Source: Fimbriosthenelais zetlandica
Lineage: Eukaryota
Direction: 5' to 3'
Assembly (NCBI GenBank): GCA_977030845.1
Contig: OZ365113.1
Coordinates: 26,412,001-26,476,000 of the forward strand
Length of the DNA stretch: 64,000 bases
Under the pieces are notes generated by a model. It was not told the origin of the DNA, ran no database searches, and saw nothing but the letters and a program-made list of their open reading frames with translations. Made by a program: the position numbers and the translations under genes. Below are positions 1 through 14,200 of this stretch, piece by piece. Numbering within the stretch: position 1 is the first letter of the stretch; each line of letters opens with the position of its first letter.

Positions 1-597
1 TCTGCCAGATTCTTCGCCCCCTCTCTTTTCCTATTCTCATTTTACCTTGCCCTCCCACATTAGAACAAGTGATGGAGAAGGTTCTCACGGTATTATTTCT
101 TGTTCATAAATCACAGAAAGCGTGGAAGGGAAGTTCTGAGAGAGAGAAAGAGGAAAATAATTCTTCCGAAATTCTTCTCAAAGTGAGCCATCTCGTAGGG
201 TGATAAAATTAAAGATCTAAAAATGATTTAATATTACCAAAATAAATGTTAACTTCTCAATACTTATCTCTATGAATATAAATAATATAATGAAAGCGCT
301 TTGTATTGCGACTTTCTTAGTACAGGTCTATATATATTTAACTTGATGTCTCCAACGTAATTCCAATCACAATTGTCCAGTATCTTGCAATTATAATTAA
401 GATTACCAAGACTATGGTGAAAACCAAGTATATAAGAACCATCGCTAGAAATTAAGAATAATAAATGGTTCTCTTACTAAAATAGCTGAGAAATACCTGA
501 CTGAACTTTAAGCCACTACATTCACTGACACTGGAGCAGGGCAAAGACAATTACAGTTCATTAAGATTAATTTGTCAATTATTTTGCTATTTTCCAG

Positions 598-3500
598 GCT
601 GACAAAGAGAACCACATACTTCACGTTATTGACACCGGTGTCGGTATGACTAAAGACGAGCTGGTGAATAACCTCGGAACTATAGCCAAGTCAGGAACCA
701 GCGAGTTCCTCCAGAAGGCGGGACAGACCTCTACCGAGTCTGAGACCAGCGACCTCATCGGCCAGTTTGGAGTGGGCTTCTACTCTACTTTCTTGAGTAA
801 GTGAAATCTAAAATGATTTAAAAAAAAAATAAGGCTCAGATCCCTTAGATTGCTTGGTGCTTTTTGCACTCAAATCTGTAAGCCCACAAAAAACTTTTGG
901 CCCCTCTGGACGTTAGCAGCCTTGTATCTGTAATTTCTCTTTAATACTGGCATATTCAGCGTATATTGACAAACTTAATGAGGCAATAATGTTGTCTTTC
1001 AGTTGCTGACCGTGTGATTGTTTCCTCTAAGCACAATGATGACGACCAGTATATCTGGGAGTCGGACGCGGACTCTTTCTCTGTTACCCGTGACCCCCGT
1101 GGTAACACTCTTGGACGTGGTACTCAGATCAGGTAAATTTATTTCCAAGTTTTTGAACTAAAAGGATGGGAATAAATTATTTCTTAGGGAATAGGAAATA
1201 TTGTGATTCGTTTTCATTGAACTCCCATTTATCTATCCCTTTAAAACTTACTTTTAGGAAATAATTTGCATGTATTTTCCCTGTGAAATGTGTTGTAGCA
1301 ACCGATTTTAACGCAGCATTTTGACTCAAACCTGATCTTGTTTTTTTTCAGTTTGCACTTGAAGGAAGAAGCTCACGACTATCTGGAGCAGAACACCATC
1401 AAGGACCTGATCAAGAAGTACTCGCAGTTCATCAATTTCAACATTTATCTGTGGGACAGCAAGGTATGTTTTCAGTTACTTACTCCTGCGGCTTTGTATA
1501 GAAATCTATATAAAAATCGCGTCGTTATATTAGCCGCAGGCCCCGATTTTTTTTGAAAAAGTCCCGGCTTATACACCGGCAAGTACGGTAATGCATTCCA
1601 CCTTCAACTTAACATTAATTTATTTGTATTTAACATATATTTCTAATTTTGTCGTGTGTAGACGGAGCAGGTAGAAGAGCCCATTGAGGACGAGGAAGCC
1701 ACAGACGAGCCTGAGACGGAGGACGAGGAGGAGGAGGAAGACGAGGCTAAGGTGGAGGAGGAAGAGGACAAGCCTAAAACAAAGACAGTAGACCGGACCA
1801 CCTGGGACTGGGTACTCGTCAACGACAACAAACCCATCTGGACGCGCAAGTAAGTATAAATTTATGATTTTTTTGTTTGATAAAATCTTAGCGACTTTTA
1901 TTGAGTTAATATAACTTTAAAATAATCCAAAACTTAGTCTGTGTCAACCCTTAGTATTTCTATGCTAGGGTCATTTAAAGTTTCTTGAAAAAAGTTACAT
2001 TATCCGTGGCACATACTTACGGATCCCCCACCATTTTCTCTGTCTCCAGGCATAGTGAAATCACTGACGACGAGTACAATGAATTCTACAAGAGCTTCGC
2101 GCACGATTCTAATGAGCCCCTGGCTCATACCCACTTTGTGGCCGAGGGAGAGGTGACCTTCCGCTCCATCCTTTATGTGCCTGACGCCTCCCCTAGCGAC
2201 ATGTTCCAGAGTTACGGTAAGAAGTACGACTTCATCAAGATGTACGTGCGCCGAGTGTTCATCACGGATAACTTTGAGGACATGATGCCCAAGTATCTGT
2301 CATTCGTCAAGGGAGTGGTGGACTCTGATGATCTGCCTCTCAACGTGTCACGTGAGACTCTACAGCAGCACAAGCTGCTCAAGGTGATCAAGAAGAAGCT
2401 GGTGAGGAAGACGCTGGATATGATCAAGAAGATTGGCAAGGAAGATTACGAGAAGTTCTGGAAGGAATACAGCACAAAGTAAGTCCCAAGTTCTTATGCA
2501 TGGTAGTCCGATAGGAAAATTTTTGGGTGTCGAACCCTGAATCCTTTATATTCGTATGTTTATTCGATCTTATTACCATATCAGATGGAATAAGTCACTT
2601 TCCATTTGATTTGCCATTGACCTAGACTCCTGTAATGTTCTAGAAAAAATCTAAAAGAAAAAAAATCTTCTACAGTGTACTGGAATACCTGTTATACTCC
2701 TGGAAATGTCCTAGAAATATGATGAAAATGATTGTCCTGTTACCATTGACCGAAAAGATAACTTTTTAGGATAAAATCGAGTAAACTTTCACATCGCTAG
2801 ACTTGCTCATATTCACCTTTGCCTGGTTCTCCATTACAGCATCAAACTTGGTGTGATTGAGGACCATTCTAACCGAACACGTCTTGCCAAGCTTCTGCGC
2901 TTCTACTCGTCTAACTCTGACACCGACCAGACCTCTCTGGCCGACTATGTGGAGCGCATGAAGGAGAAACAGGAGCACATTTACTTGATGGCCGGCAGCT
3001 CACGTGACGAGGTGGAGAAGTCGCCATTTGTAGAACGCCTGCTGAAGAAGGGCTACGAGGTGCTCTTCCTCATAGAACCCGTCGACGAATACTGTATCCA
3101 GGTGCGTACATAAATAAACTTTGCTTTAGCAGGGCTCAAAATATTGGCAAATTATTGTACGGAATTGTTCCGGAATAAATGCACATAGAAAGAGCCCCCA
3201 GCTGAAAATCATACGAGAAACTTGAGTAATCAAGAGTGTGAGCTGGCATTCACCCATAACAAGCTCTATACAAATTCTAACTAACAAAAATAAAAAAAAT
3301 AAGTAGAGCATACTTCAGGAATTTGGGATCACTTAAAAAAATCCAGTACTTCTCCTGTTAACTGTTACACGGATATTTTACACTCGGTGAGATTAACAGA
3401 TTATTCTAATAACAACTTTTTCCATCTCAGGCTCTACCAGAGTACGAATCCAAAAAGTTCCAGAACGTGGCCAAGGAAGGTCTGAAGCTGGACCAGTCAG

Positions 3501-6060
3501 AGAAGGCCAAGGAGCACAAGGAACAGCTGGAGAAGGACTTTGAGCCACTGACTAACTGGCTGAAGGACGAGGCACTGAAGGAGAAGATAGAGAAGGCGGT
3601 GGTTTCTGAGCGCCTGTCTAGCTCACCCTGTGCCCTCGTGGCCTCGTCGTACGGGTGGTCGGGTAACATGGAGAGGATCATGAGGGCTCAGGCCTACCAG
3701 AAACAACAGGACCCTTCACAAAAGTACGTCCATTTACTGTATTTACAGAAATAACAAAAACTGATTTTACCAGCAGATACTTAGTGTCGCTTAGTGCTAC
3801 CAGGTACCATTAAAAAGTTGGCACAGGTTTTTCAAGAAAATCAAAAGCCAGCCATGTATCCCTGGATCTGGATCTGGAATGTTAGTTGGTAAATTCCCAT
3901 ATTAAATTATATGTTGGGATGTCACGCCTGGGATATCCCCACTGAGATCCATGAAAATGAACTATTGCTGATATTCGAGAGCTGATATTTTGTGCCGACC
4001 CCCGCTCCCAATATTGTGAAACGACCCCTTTATCATACTTGATTTTTGTCCATTTCAGTTACTACGCGAACCAGAAGAAAACCCTGGAGATCAACCCCCG
4101 CCATCCTCTGATCAAGGAGTTACGTAACCGTGTAGAGAAGGATAAGGAGGACCAGACGACCGTCGACCTGGCCACCGTCCTGTTTGAGACAGCCACACTC
4201 CGCTCTGGTTATAACATCAAGGACTCGGCCACCTACGCCGACCGCATCGAGAGGATGCTACGTCTCTCCATGGACGTCGCCCTCGATGAACAAGTGAGTT
4301 CTTTTGGCTCTATGTACTTTAGTTTTGGCTCACTGGATGTTTGTTTTGGCTCAAAGAAGCTTAGTTTTGGCTCAAAGTAGCTTAGTTTTGGCTCAAAGAA
4401 GCTTAGTGTTGGCTCAAAGAAGCTTAGTTTTGGCTCAAAGAATATTATCTTTGGCTCAAGGAATATCGTTTTTGTCTCAAAGAAGCTTGGTTTGGGCTCA
4501 ATGGAATTCAGTTGTGGCCTAAAGAAAATGTTAGGTTCAGTGGAGCTTAAGTTTGTCCCAATGTATTACATAAAACTCCCTCAAACTGTTCATATTCCCT
4601 TCCATAATTATACTTCAACCTTAGAAAAATGCTTAACGTTATCATAAGCAATGCAGGGCCCCTGACTCCCTGAACATGTTGAATTTTACAAATTGCGACA
4701 TTTCCGTCTGCAGGTGGAGGAGGATCCATTTGAGGTTGAAGAAGAAGCGGAGGAGGACGAGGAAGGAGAGGAGGAAGAGGTAGATGCTGAAGAGGGGGAA
4801 GAGGATGAACCTGCTGGAGAAGATTCTACTGAAGATGAAGCAGCCAAGGTAAGAGCTGATGATAATATGATGTACACAACCCAAATATATCGACATTTGC
4901 TAATCGTGTGGGTGTGCGTGCAAGGCATAATATTTATTACCTACATCATAACAATTATTATAACATTTGATCTCAAGGACACATTTTTTTAAAAGTTTTA
5001 ACCATTTTAAGATCAACCATTTTCATTTTAGAACCGCTTATCCACCAAAAATTTTATGGAATTTTGAATTTATATTTTATCCTAAGTAGATCTACCAGAA
5101 ATTTTTAATTTCAAAACTATAAAGTACAACGAAGTAAGACTTTAGATAATTTTCTCGTTCTTTATTGCTGCTGTAGATCTTTAACGCAATATTATAGATT
5201 CGTTAGTCCTTTGGAGTATTTTGACTAAATTAATTCATCAAAGCTGTCAATGACACCTAAAAAACATACAAAGACAATAATTCTCTAATCGCATGGTTTG
5301 ATAGTTACTGCTGAAGAGTTGTGGATTTAATTTTTGTTGTTCTTGAGACACCGTGCCTCTCGCGCGGTAAGATCTCACATTTTCTTGTTTGCTGAATGAC
5401 GTTTGACCAGAACCAATACCCGATATCAGCTTCCTATGCCTCTCAAAGTTGGCTCTCCAAGGATCCTCAGAGCTTTCCCATGTTGCCTATTTCAACTTTT
5501 AAAATTTATTATTTTAAGAATAAAGATGATCATCTTCAAGTAACTGAAGGGTTTTTTGAAGATTTAGAAAAAATGAGTTCTCAAAGTTAGGACAGGCAAG
5601 GGTGCTTTGCGAAGCGTTATAGTGCATGTGTGCATTCACTTTAGCCCTGCAAAACTAGAGGCGGTGCGAGGATGAAAAACTATCCTCAAAATCCTAGTAG
5701 CAGCGTCCGTAACTCTGAAAGAAACCATAATAATTTATGAATCAATCTTTCACAGTTATTTTTTCAAGCTGCACCCAGTTACTTTGAGAATGCCTTTCTT
5801 TGAGAACTTAATCATAAAGTATTAAGCATTTTTCTTGCAAGTTACTAACAAATTCCCCGTTCCCCTGTTTGTGAGCATTTGACTTGTGAGGTCATTGGAA
5901 GAAAGCAATAGGAGCAATAGCGCCACTTGTGACAGGTAAGGGAAGCTGGTCTTCAGGTAGAGGAAATGGTCAACTATATGAGAGGATAAAAAACACATAC
6001 TTACAGAAGTGCCTGGGTTGTTTTTGTTTGCAGAAGGAGGAAGATCATGATGAGTTGTGA
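598..6060 (+). CDS. HSP90B1: Endoplasmin / GRP94 (ER HSP90 paralogue), 5'-partial, 10 exons in window
   Basis: Hand-spliced GT-AG exons 598-796, 1003-1132, 1352-1463, 1662-1849, 2050-2478, 2840-3101, 3431-3723, 4059-4293, 4714-4848, 6034-6060 keep one frame (661 codons plus the terminal exon). HSP90 signatures: [28 protein letters not shown], acidic linker, [25 protein letters not shown]. The C-terminal HDEL marks the ER paralogue. Upstream exons lie outside the window. Confidence 0.97.
3190..3300 (-). repeat. Dispersed repeat family A, copy 1 (HSP90B1 intron)
   Basis: agagcccccagctgaaaatc...caagagtgtgagctgg(c/t)attcacccataaca(a/g)gctctata recurs at about 49620-49712 in the same orientation and inverted at about 47545-47640. 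Confidence 0.8.
4300..4520. repeat. 21-bp minisatellite (aagaagcttagttttggctca), about 10-11 degenerate copies, in HSP90B1 intron
   Basis: Directly visible tandem units, most homogeneous in the centre. Explains the shadow ORF 4304-4522 (LAQRSLV repeats). Confidence 0.9.
6034..6060 (+). CDS. HSP90B1: Canonical terminal micro-exon of endoplasmin (KEEDHDEL*)
   Basis: Acceptor tttttgtttgcag at 6021-6033, then AAG GAG GAA GAT CAT GAT GAG TTG TGA. Phase 0 matches the donor at 4848. AATAAA hexamers follow near 6970 and 7039. Confidence 0.93.
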   Translation, partial: KEEDHDEL

Positions 6061-8265
6061 TGACGTACATATGATGACGTACCTATATCACCATGACAGC
6101 GTGGACTTTGATACGACTGTCATGTCACGTCGAGAATGAATGTGGTCTTAAGGACGAAGCGATCCGAAGAATTTGCATCCCAAAGTAGTTGATCTGCACA
6201 TGCACAGAGAAAATATCATTGACATTACTCTAGAGTCTGGACATTGTTCCAAAAAATAATCTGTGATGTGCTCACGATAGTCTGGTCCTATAGGCTTTGT
6301 ATGTCTATGTATAGGCCTTCATGCTATCAGTTTGAAACATGGTTTCAAGGTTCAACATCTGAAACCCGATCATTACATTCCCTGTGGAAATTCTCCGGGA
6401 TCACTCACAAATATTATGTAAAAAAAAAAAAAAAAAGAAATGTATATTATTTATCACTGAGCCTCACAGTCTGTGTAGGTGTCAGTTATTCCATTCCATA
6501 GAAGGGAAGCTGTCGTGGCACGTTTTGTGTAGTGACTCTGTATTCACAGCGTGGATGGCTTGTTTAGGCGTGTGAGATAGAGGGTGGGTCTGCTTAAAAT
6601 TTAAACAGTCCTTATGACCACCATTCAGCTTTAAAAGAAAATCAGTCCATTTTTCTTGTTACGTGTGGGGGAATTTAGAGTGTGGGGGGGAAGGGTAGCT
6701 CACAGAGGGAGAGACGCGCTGGTTTACTTGTGATTTGACACAAGATAACTTAATGCAGTCTCATCCAAAATATGAAGGGGAAAAAAATTAGGGAAACATT
6801 CCAGTTGTGAATGAGGTATGTTGCTTTGGTTTGTTTGTTTTTTTGTTTCAAGAATATTGATAAAAAAAAATCAGTTATGTCTGGAGAAATTGACGTTTGG
6901 ATGAATGAGATTTCATATCGCTTAATGTGCAGAAAAGGTACGAAAGAAATTCATTGCATCGTTCTCAGAAATAAATTACATATATGGTCAGAAGGAAGAA
7001 GCGCTGGCGATAGAAACTCGTGTAGGTATGAAAGTGAAAATAAAGAATGTTTCTATTTATATTAAATTGGTCTTTTTAATGACTTGTTACTACATTTTAT
7101 GGCCTAAAGCAGGCGGAGAAAAACGTGTGTAAAAAAACAAAAAGAAATGGAATACCCCGAAAATTGTGGAAATTGCCAGCTTGAGTTGGATGTTGGTTTT
7201 CACGTGATTATAGAGAAAAAAATGGCTTTATTCGAAATTGTTTGGAGGGGTTTCAGTCTTTGAACTTTAAGTTTTCTTAATTTCCAACCCAAAGCAATAT
7301 CAATATAACAATTTATTCTGGGTTTGCACGATAATTAAATATCTATTCATTTCTATGGGTGCAAAAATACAATAACAAGTGACCGTACCTCGGGCAGGTG
7401 TGGGTAGGTGGTATGGCCCAAGGTCTGAGGGTACATGGAAAGATGTCCAGAAGGCAAGGGACATCCGTCCACCCTCAGTCAGAGGGCTATACCACCTACC
7501 CAGACCTGCCCGATGTCAGTTCTAAATGCTATGCATATTCCTACCGTTCATAGTAATCTGCCGAAGGCTGTATCAAATGCAAAACTAAAGATAAAGAGAG
7601 TAGTGAGGGAGAAAGTCAGTTTGGACAGGAGACACAAGTCCACATGGAGACAGATGTTGATAAATGACAGTATACAAGTGTAGACATAAAGATGGTACAA
7701 CACAATGTGACAAGACAGATAGTAGGGAGAGTGCTCGGGGAGAGAATTCCAGCACGATGCTGTGGAGTAGCATGGGGCTCAGTGATTAGGCACAGGGGTT
7801 TAACTAATTCTCTTGTGCTTGATGGATCATACATGTAGAGTTAGGTTTTCCGTCGGCGAGCGGGGAAATATTGAGACTATTGAGGAGGAGATAGGGCCTA
7901 AAAATGAGCTGCTCTTATGCCATGAATGCCAGCTGCTCGCCATGAGGTTCAGGTAACGTAACTTATTACTCATGGATTTATAGCGTGTTATAGAACTGAT
8001 AAATGAAGGTAATAGAAGAGCGCGGCCAAAGGAAACGTTAAATTAGACAGTCAAAAACTATCTGAATTCACAAAAAGTGAAGGTAAGGAATTAAAATATG
8101 CATGGAGTTGATATTGCTACTGTTTCACATTGTGTGAGTTTAATTACCTAGTATCCTATCCTACTATTAATGTATGAATATAAAAATCACATGTCATGAA
8201 GTCTCAGTCAGTTTTTAAACAATGGTGCACAAAATTATTAATCTAATGTTTAATATTCTATCCAG

Positions 8266-11200
8266 GAAACCTGTTCTTGGTGTAGAAGAAAGCTAATGGC
8301 AGCTCCCGAAGAAACAAGAAAGAAACCCAACACTGTATTGAAACAAAGTCATCATAAAAGAGGCAAGGTTCCAGCAGGGGCAGACCCGCGAGTTGACATA
8401 GACAAAGACGGACTTCCTGACTTCATGGATGAAGATGATGATGGCGACGGCATTCCAGACTACCTAGATGAAGATGCTGACGACAATGGACTCTTGGATA
8501 AATACGAGGACGATGATGGAGATGGTATTCCAGATTACCTAGATATTGATGATGATGGGGATGGCATTCCAGATGATAAAGACAAAATACATGACGTTCC
8601 TGGATTTGGGCCTGTAGATGACATCAAAGACACAGATGGTGATGGCATACCAGATCACCATGACGACGATGACGATGGGGACGGTATTCCTGATTCCATG
8701 GAGGTAGATACAGATGGAGATGGTATCCCTGACTACCTAGATGATGACGATGATGGAGACGGTATTCCAGATCACCTTGACAACGATGATGATGGTGATG
8801 GTATTCCTGATGATCAGGAAGATAAAGATGGGGATGGCATCCCAGACCATCTAGATGATGATGACGATGGGGATGGTATTCCAGATGATGCTGAAATCGA
8901 CACAGATGGAGATGGTATCCCTGACTACTTGGATGATGACGATGATGGAGATGGTATTCCAGATCACCTTGACAACGATGATGATGGTGATGGAATTCCT
9001 GATGATCAGGAAGACAAAGATGGGGATGGCATCCCAGACCATCTAGATGATGATGACGATGGAGATGGTATTCCAGATGACCATGAAATCGACACAGATG
9101 GAGATGGTATCCCTGACTACCTAGATGATGACGATGATGGAGACGGTATTCCAGATCACCTTGACAACGATGATGATGGTGATGGTATTCCAGATGATCA
9201 GGAAGACAAAGATGGGGATGGCATCCCAGACCATCTAGATGATGATGACGATGGGGATGGTATTCCAGATGATGCTGAAATCGACACAGATGGAGATGGT
9301 ATCCCTGACTACTTGGATGATGACGACGATGGAGATGGTATTCCAGATCACCTTGACAACGATGATGATGGTGATGGTATTCCTGATGACCAAGAAGATG
9401 AAGATGGGGATGGCATCCCAGACCATCTAGATGATGATGACGATGGGGATGGTATTCCAGATGACCATGAAATCGACACAGATGGAGATGGTATCCCTGA
9501 CTACTTGGATGATGACGATGATGGCGATGGTATTCCAGATCACCTTGACAACGATGATGATGGTGATGGAATTCCAGATGATCAGGAAGACAAAGATGGG
9601 GATGGCATCCCAGACCATCTAGATGATGATGACGATGGGGATGGTATTCCAGATGATGCTGAAATTGACACAGATGGAGACGGTATCCCTGACTACTTAG
9701 ATGATGACGATGATGGAGATGGTATTCCAGATCACCTTGACAACGATGATGATGGTGATGGTATTCCTGACGACCAAGAAGATGAAGATGGGGATGGCAT
9801 CCCAGACCATCTAGATGATGATGACGATGGTGATGGTATTCCAGATGACCATGAAATCGACACAGATGGAGATGGTATCCCTGACTTCTTGGATGACGAC
9901 GATGATGGAGATGGTATTCCAGATCACCTTGACAACGATGATGATGGTGATGGTATTCCAGATGACAAGGAAGACAAAGATGGGGATGGTATCCCTGACC
10001 ATCTAGATGATGATGACGATGGTGATGGTATTCCAGATGATGCTGAAATCGACACAGATGGAGATGGTATCCCTGACTACTTGGATGATGACGATGATGG
10101 AGATGGTATTCCAGATCACGTTGACAACGATGATGATGGTGATGGTATTCCAGACGATCAGGAAGATGAAGATGGGGATGGTATCCCTGACCATCTAGAT
10201 GATGATGACGATGGAGATGGTATTCCAGATGACCATGAAATCGATACAGATGGAGATGGTATCCCTGACTACTTGGATGATGACGATGATGGAGATGGTA
10301 TTCCAGATCACCTTGACAACGATGATGATGGTGATGGTATTCCTGATGATCAGGAAGATAAAGATGGGGATGGCATCCCAGACCATCTAGATGATGATGA
10401 CGATGGAGATGGTATTCCAGATGACCATGAAATCGACACAGATGGAGATGGTATCCCTGACTACCTAGATGATGACGATGATGGAGACGGTATTCCAGAT
10501 CACCTTGACAACGATGATGATGGTGATGGTATTCCTGATGATCAGGAAGACAAAGATGGGGATGGCATCCCAGACCATCTAGATGATGATGACGATGGAG
10601 ATGGTATTCCAGATGACCATGAAATCGACACAGATGGAGATGGTATCCCTGACTACCTAGATGATGACGATGATGGAGACGGTATTCCAGATCACCTTGA
10701 CAACGATGATGATGGTGATGGTATTCCAGATGATCAGGAAGACAAAGATGGGGATGGCATCCCAGACCATCTAGATGATGATGACGATGGGGATGGTATT
10801 CCAGATGATGCTGAAATCGACACAGATGGAGATGGTATCCCTGACTACTTGGATGATGACGATGATGGAGATGGTATTCCAGATCACCTTGACAACGATG
10901 ATGATGGTGATGGTATTCCAGACGATCAGGAAGATGAAGATGGGGATGGCATCCCAGACCATCTAGATGATGATGACGATGGGGATGGCATTCCAGATGA
11001 CCATGAAATCGATACAGATGGAGATGGTATACCTGACTACTTGGATGATGACGATGATGGAGATGGTATTCCAGATCACCTTGACAACGATGATGATGGT
11101 GATGGTATTCCAGATGATCAGGAAGACAAAGATGGGGATGGCATCCCAGACCATCTAGATGATGATGACGATGGGGATGGTATTCCAGATGATACTGAAA

Positions 11201-14200
11201 TCGACACAGATGGAGATGGTATCCCTGACTACTTGGATGATGACGATGATGGAGATGGTATTCCAGATCACCTTGACAACGATGATGATGGTGATGGTAT
11301 TCCAGACGATCAGGAAGATGAAGATGGGGATGGCATCCCAGACCATCTAGATGATGATGACGATGGAGATGGTATTCCAGATGACCATGAAATCGATACA
11401 GATGGAGATGGTATCCCTGACTACTTGGATGATGACGATGATGGAGATGGTATTCCAGATCACCTTGACAACGATGATGATGGTGATGGTATTCCAGATG
11501 ATCAGGAAGACAAAGATGGGGATGGTATCCCAGACCATCTAGATGATGATGACGATGGGGATGGTATTCCAGATGATGCTGAAATTGACACAGATGGAGA
11601 TGGTATCCCTGACTACTTGGATGATGACGATGATGGAGATGGTATTCCAGATCACCTTGACAACGATGATGATGGTGATGGTATTCCAGACGATCAGGAA
11701 GATGAAGATGGGGATGGCATCCCAGACCATCTAGATGATGATGACGATGGGGATGGCATTCCAGATGACCATGAAATCGATACAGATGGAGATGGTATCC
11801 CTGACTACTTGGATGATGACGATGATGGAGATGGTATTCCAGATCACCTTGACAACGATGATGATGGTGATGGTATTCCAGATGATCAGGAAGACAAAGA
11901 TGGGGATGGTATCCCTGACCATCTTGATGATGATGACGATGGGGATGGTATTCCAGATGATGCTGAAATCGACACAGATGGAGATGGTATCCCTGACTAC
12001 TTGGATGATGACGATGATGGAGATGGTATTCCAGATCACCTTGACAACGATGATGATGGTGATGGTATTCCAGACGATCAAGAAGATGAAGATGGGGATG
12101 GCATCCCAGACCATCTAGATGATGATGACGATGGGGATGGTATTCCAGATGACCATGAAATCGATACAGATGGAGATGGTATCCCTGACTACTTGGATGA
12201 TGACGATGATGGAGATGGTATTCCAGATCACCTTGACAACGATGATGATGGTGATGGTATTCCAGACGACAAGGAAGACAAAGATGGGGATGGTATCCCA
12301 GACCATCTAGATGATGATGACGATGGGGATGGTATTCCAGATGATGCTGAAATTGACACAGATGGAGATGGTATCCCTGACTACTTGGATGATGACGATG
12401 ATGGAGATGGTATTCCAGATCACCTTGACAACGATGATGATGGTGATGGTATTCCTGATGACCAAGAAGATGAAGATGGGGATGGCATCCCAGACCATCT
12501 AGATGATGATGACGATGGAGATGGTATTCCAGATGACCATGAAATCGACACAGATGGAGATGGTATCCCTGACTACTTGGATGATGACGATGATGGAGAT
12601 GGTATTCCAGATCACCTTGACAACGATGATGATGGTGATGGTATTCCAGATGATCAGGAAGACAAAGATGGGGATGGCATCCCAGACCATCTAGATGATG
12701 ATGACGATGGGGATGGTATTCCAGATGATGCTGAAATTGACACAGATGGAGATGGTATCCCTGACTACTTGGATGATGACGATGATGGAGATGGTATTCC
12801 AGATCACCTTGACAACGATGATGATGGTGATGGTATTCCTGATGACCAAGAAGATGAAGATGGGGATGGCATCCCAGACCATCTAGATGATGATGACGAT
12901 GGGGATGGTATTCCAGATGACCATGAAATCGACACAGATGGAGATGGTATCCCTGACTACTTGGATGACGACGATGATGGAGATGGTATTCCAGATCACC
13001 TTGACAACGATGATGATGGTGATGGTATTCCAGATGATCAGGAAGACAAAGATGGGGATGGCATCCCAGACCATCTAGATGATGATGACGATGGGGATGG
13101 TATTCCAGATGACCATGAAATCGACACAGATGGAGATGGTATCCCTGACTACCTAGATGATGACGATGATGGAGACGGTATTCCAGATCACCTTGACAAC
13201 GATGATGATGGTGATGGTATTCCAGACGATCAGGAAGATGAAGATGGGGATGGCATCCCAGACCATCTAGATGATGATGACGATGGGGATGGTATTCCAG
13301 ATGACCATGAAATCGATACAGATGGAGATGGTATCCCTGACTACTTGGATGATGACGATGATGGAGATGGTATTCCAGATCACCTTGACAACGATGATGA
13401 TGGTGATGGTATTCCAGATGATCAGGAAGACAAAGATGGGGATGGCATCCCAGACCATCTAGATGATGATGACGATGGGGATGGTATTCCAGATGATGCT
13501 GAAATCGACACAGATGGAGATGGTATCCCTGACTACTTAGATGATGACGATGATGGAGATGGTATTCCAGATCACCTTGACAACGATGATGATGGTGATG
13601 GTATTCCAGACGATCAAGAAGATGAAGATGGGGATGGCATCCCAGACCATCTTGACAATGATGATGATGGGGATGGTATTCCAGATGACCATGAAATCGA
13701 CACAGATGGAGATGGTATCCCTGACTACTTGGATGAAGACGATGATGGAGATGGTATTCCAGATCACCTTGACAACGATGATGATGGTGATGGTATTCCA
13801 GATGATCAGGAAGACAAAGATGGGGATGGTATCCCAGACCATCTAGATGATGATGACGATGGGGATGGTATTCCAGATGACCATGAAATCGACACAGATG
13901 GAGATGGTATCCCTGACTACTTGGATGATGACGATGATGGAGATGGTATTCCAGATCACCTTGACAACGATGATGATGGTGATGGAATTCCAGATGATCA
14001 GGAAGACGAAGATGGGGATGGCATCCCAGACCATCTAGATGATGATGACGATGGGGATGGTATTCCAGATGACCATGAAATCGATACAGATGGAGATGGT
14101 ATCCCTGACTATTTGGATGATGACGATGATGGAGATGGTATTCCAGATCACCTTGACAACGATGATGATGGTGATGGTATTCCTGATGACAAGGAAGACA

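Noticed and set aside
1643-4928. Antisense and alternative-frame ORFs over HSP90B1 exons (poly-Ser, etc.)
   Set aside because: They are by-products of Glu/Asp-rich codons in the real exons.
5665-5722. Possible box C/D snoRNA (GGATGA...CTGA) in the HSP90B1 intron
   Set aside because: Box C is imperfect, the span is too short, and I saw no terminal stem or recognisable rRNA guide.
6811-7065. ORF starting MRYVALVCLFFCF as a possible signal-peptide exon for the giant ORF
   Set aside because: The hydrophobicity comes from a T-rich tract in the probable HSP90B1 3' UTR, and I found no phase-0 donor in that frame.
5624-8104. TGCATG (RBFOX) hexamers at 5624 and 8099, upstream of each candidate last exon
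   Set aside because: About one is expected by chance in this span, so they are not evidence of regulated splicing without conservation data.
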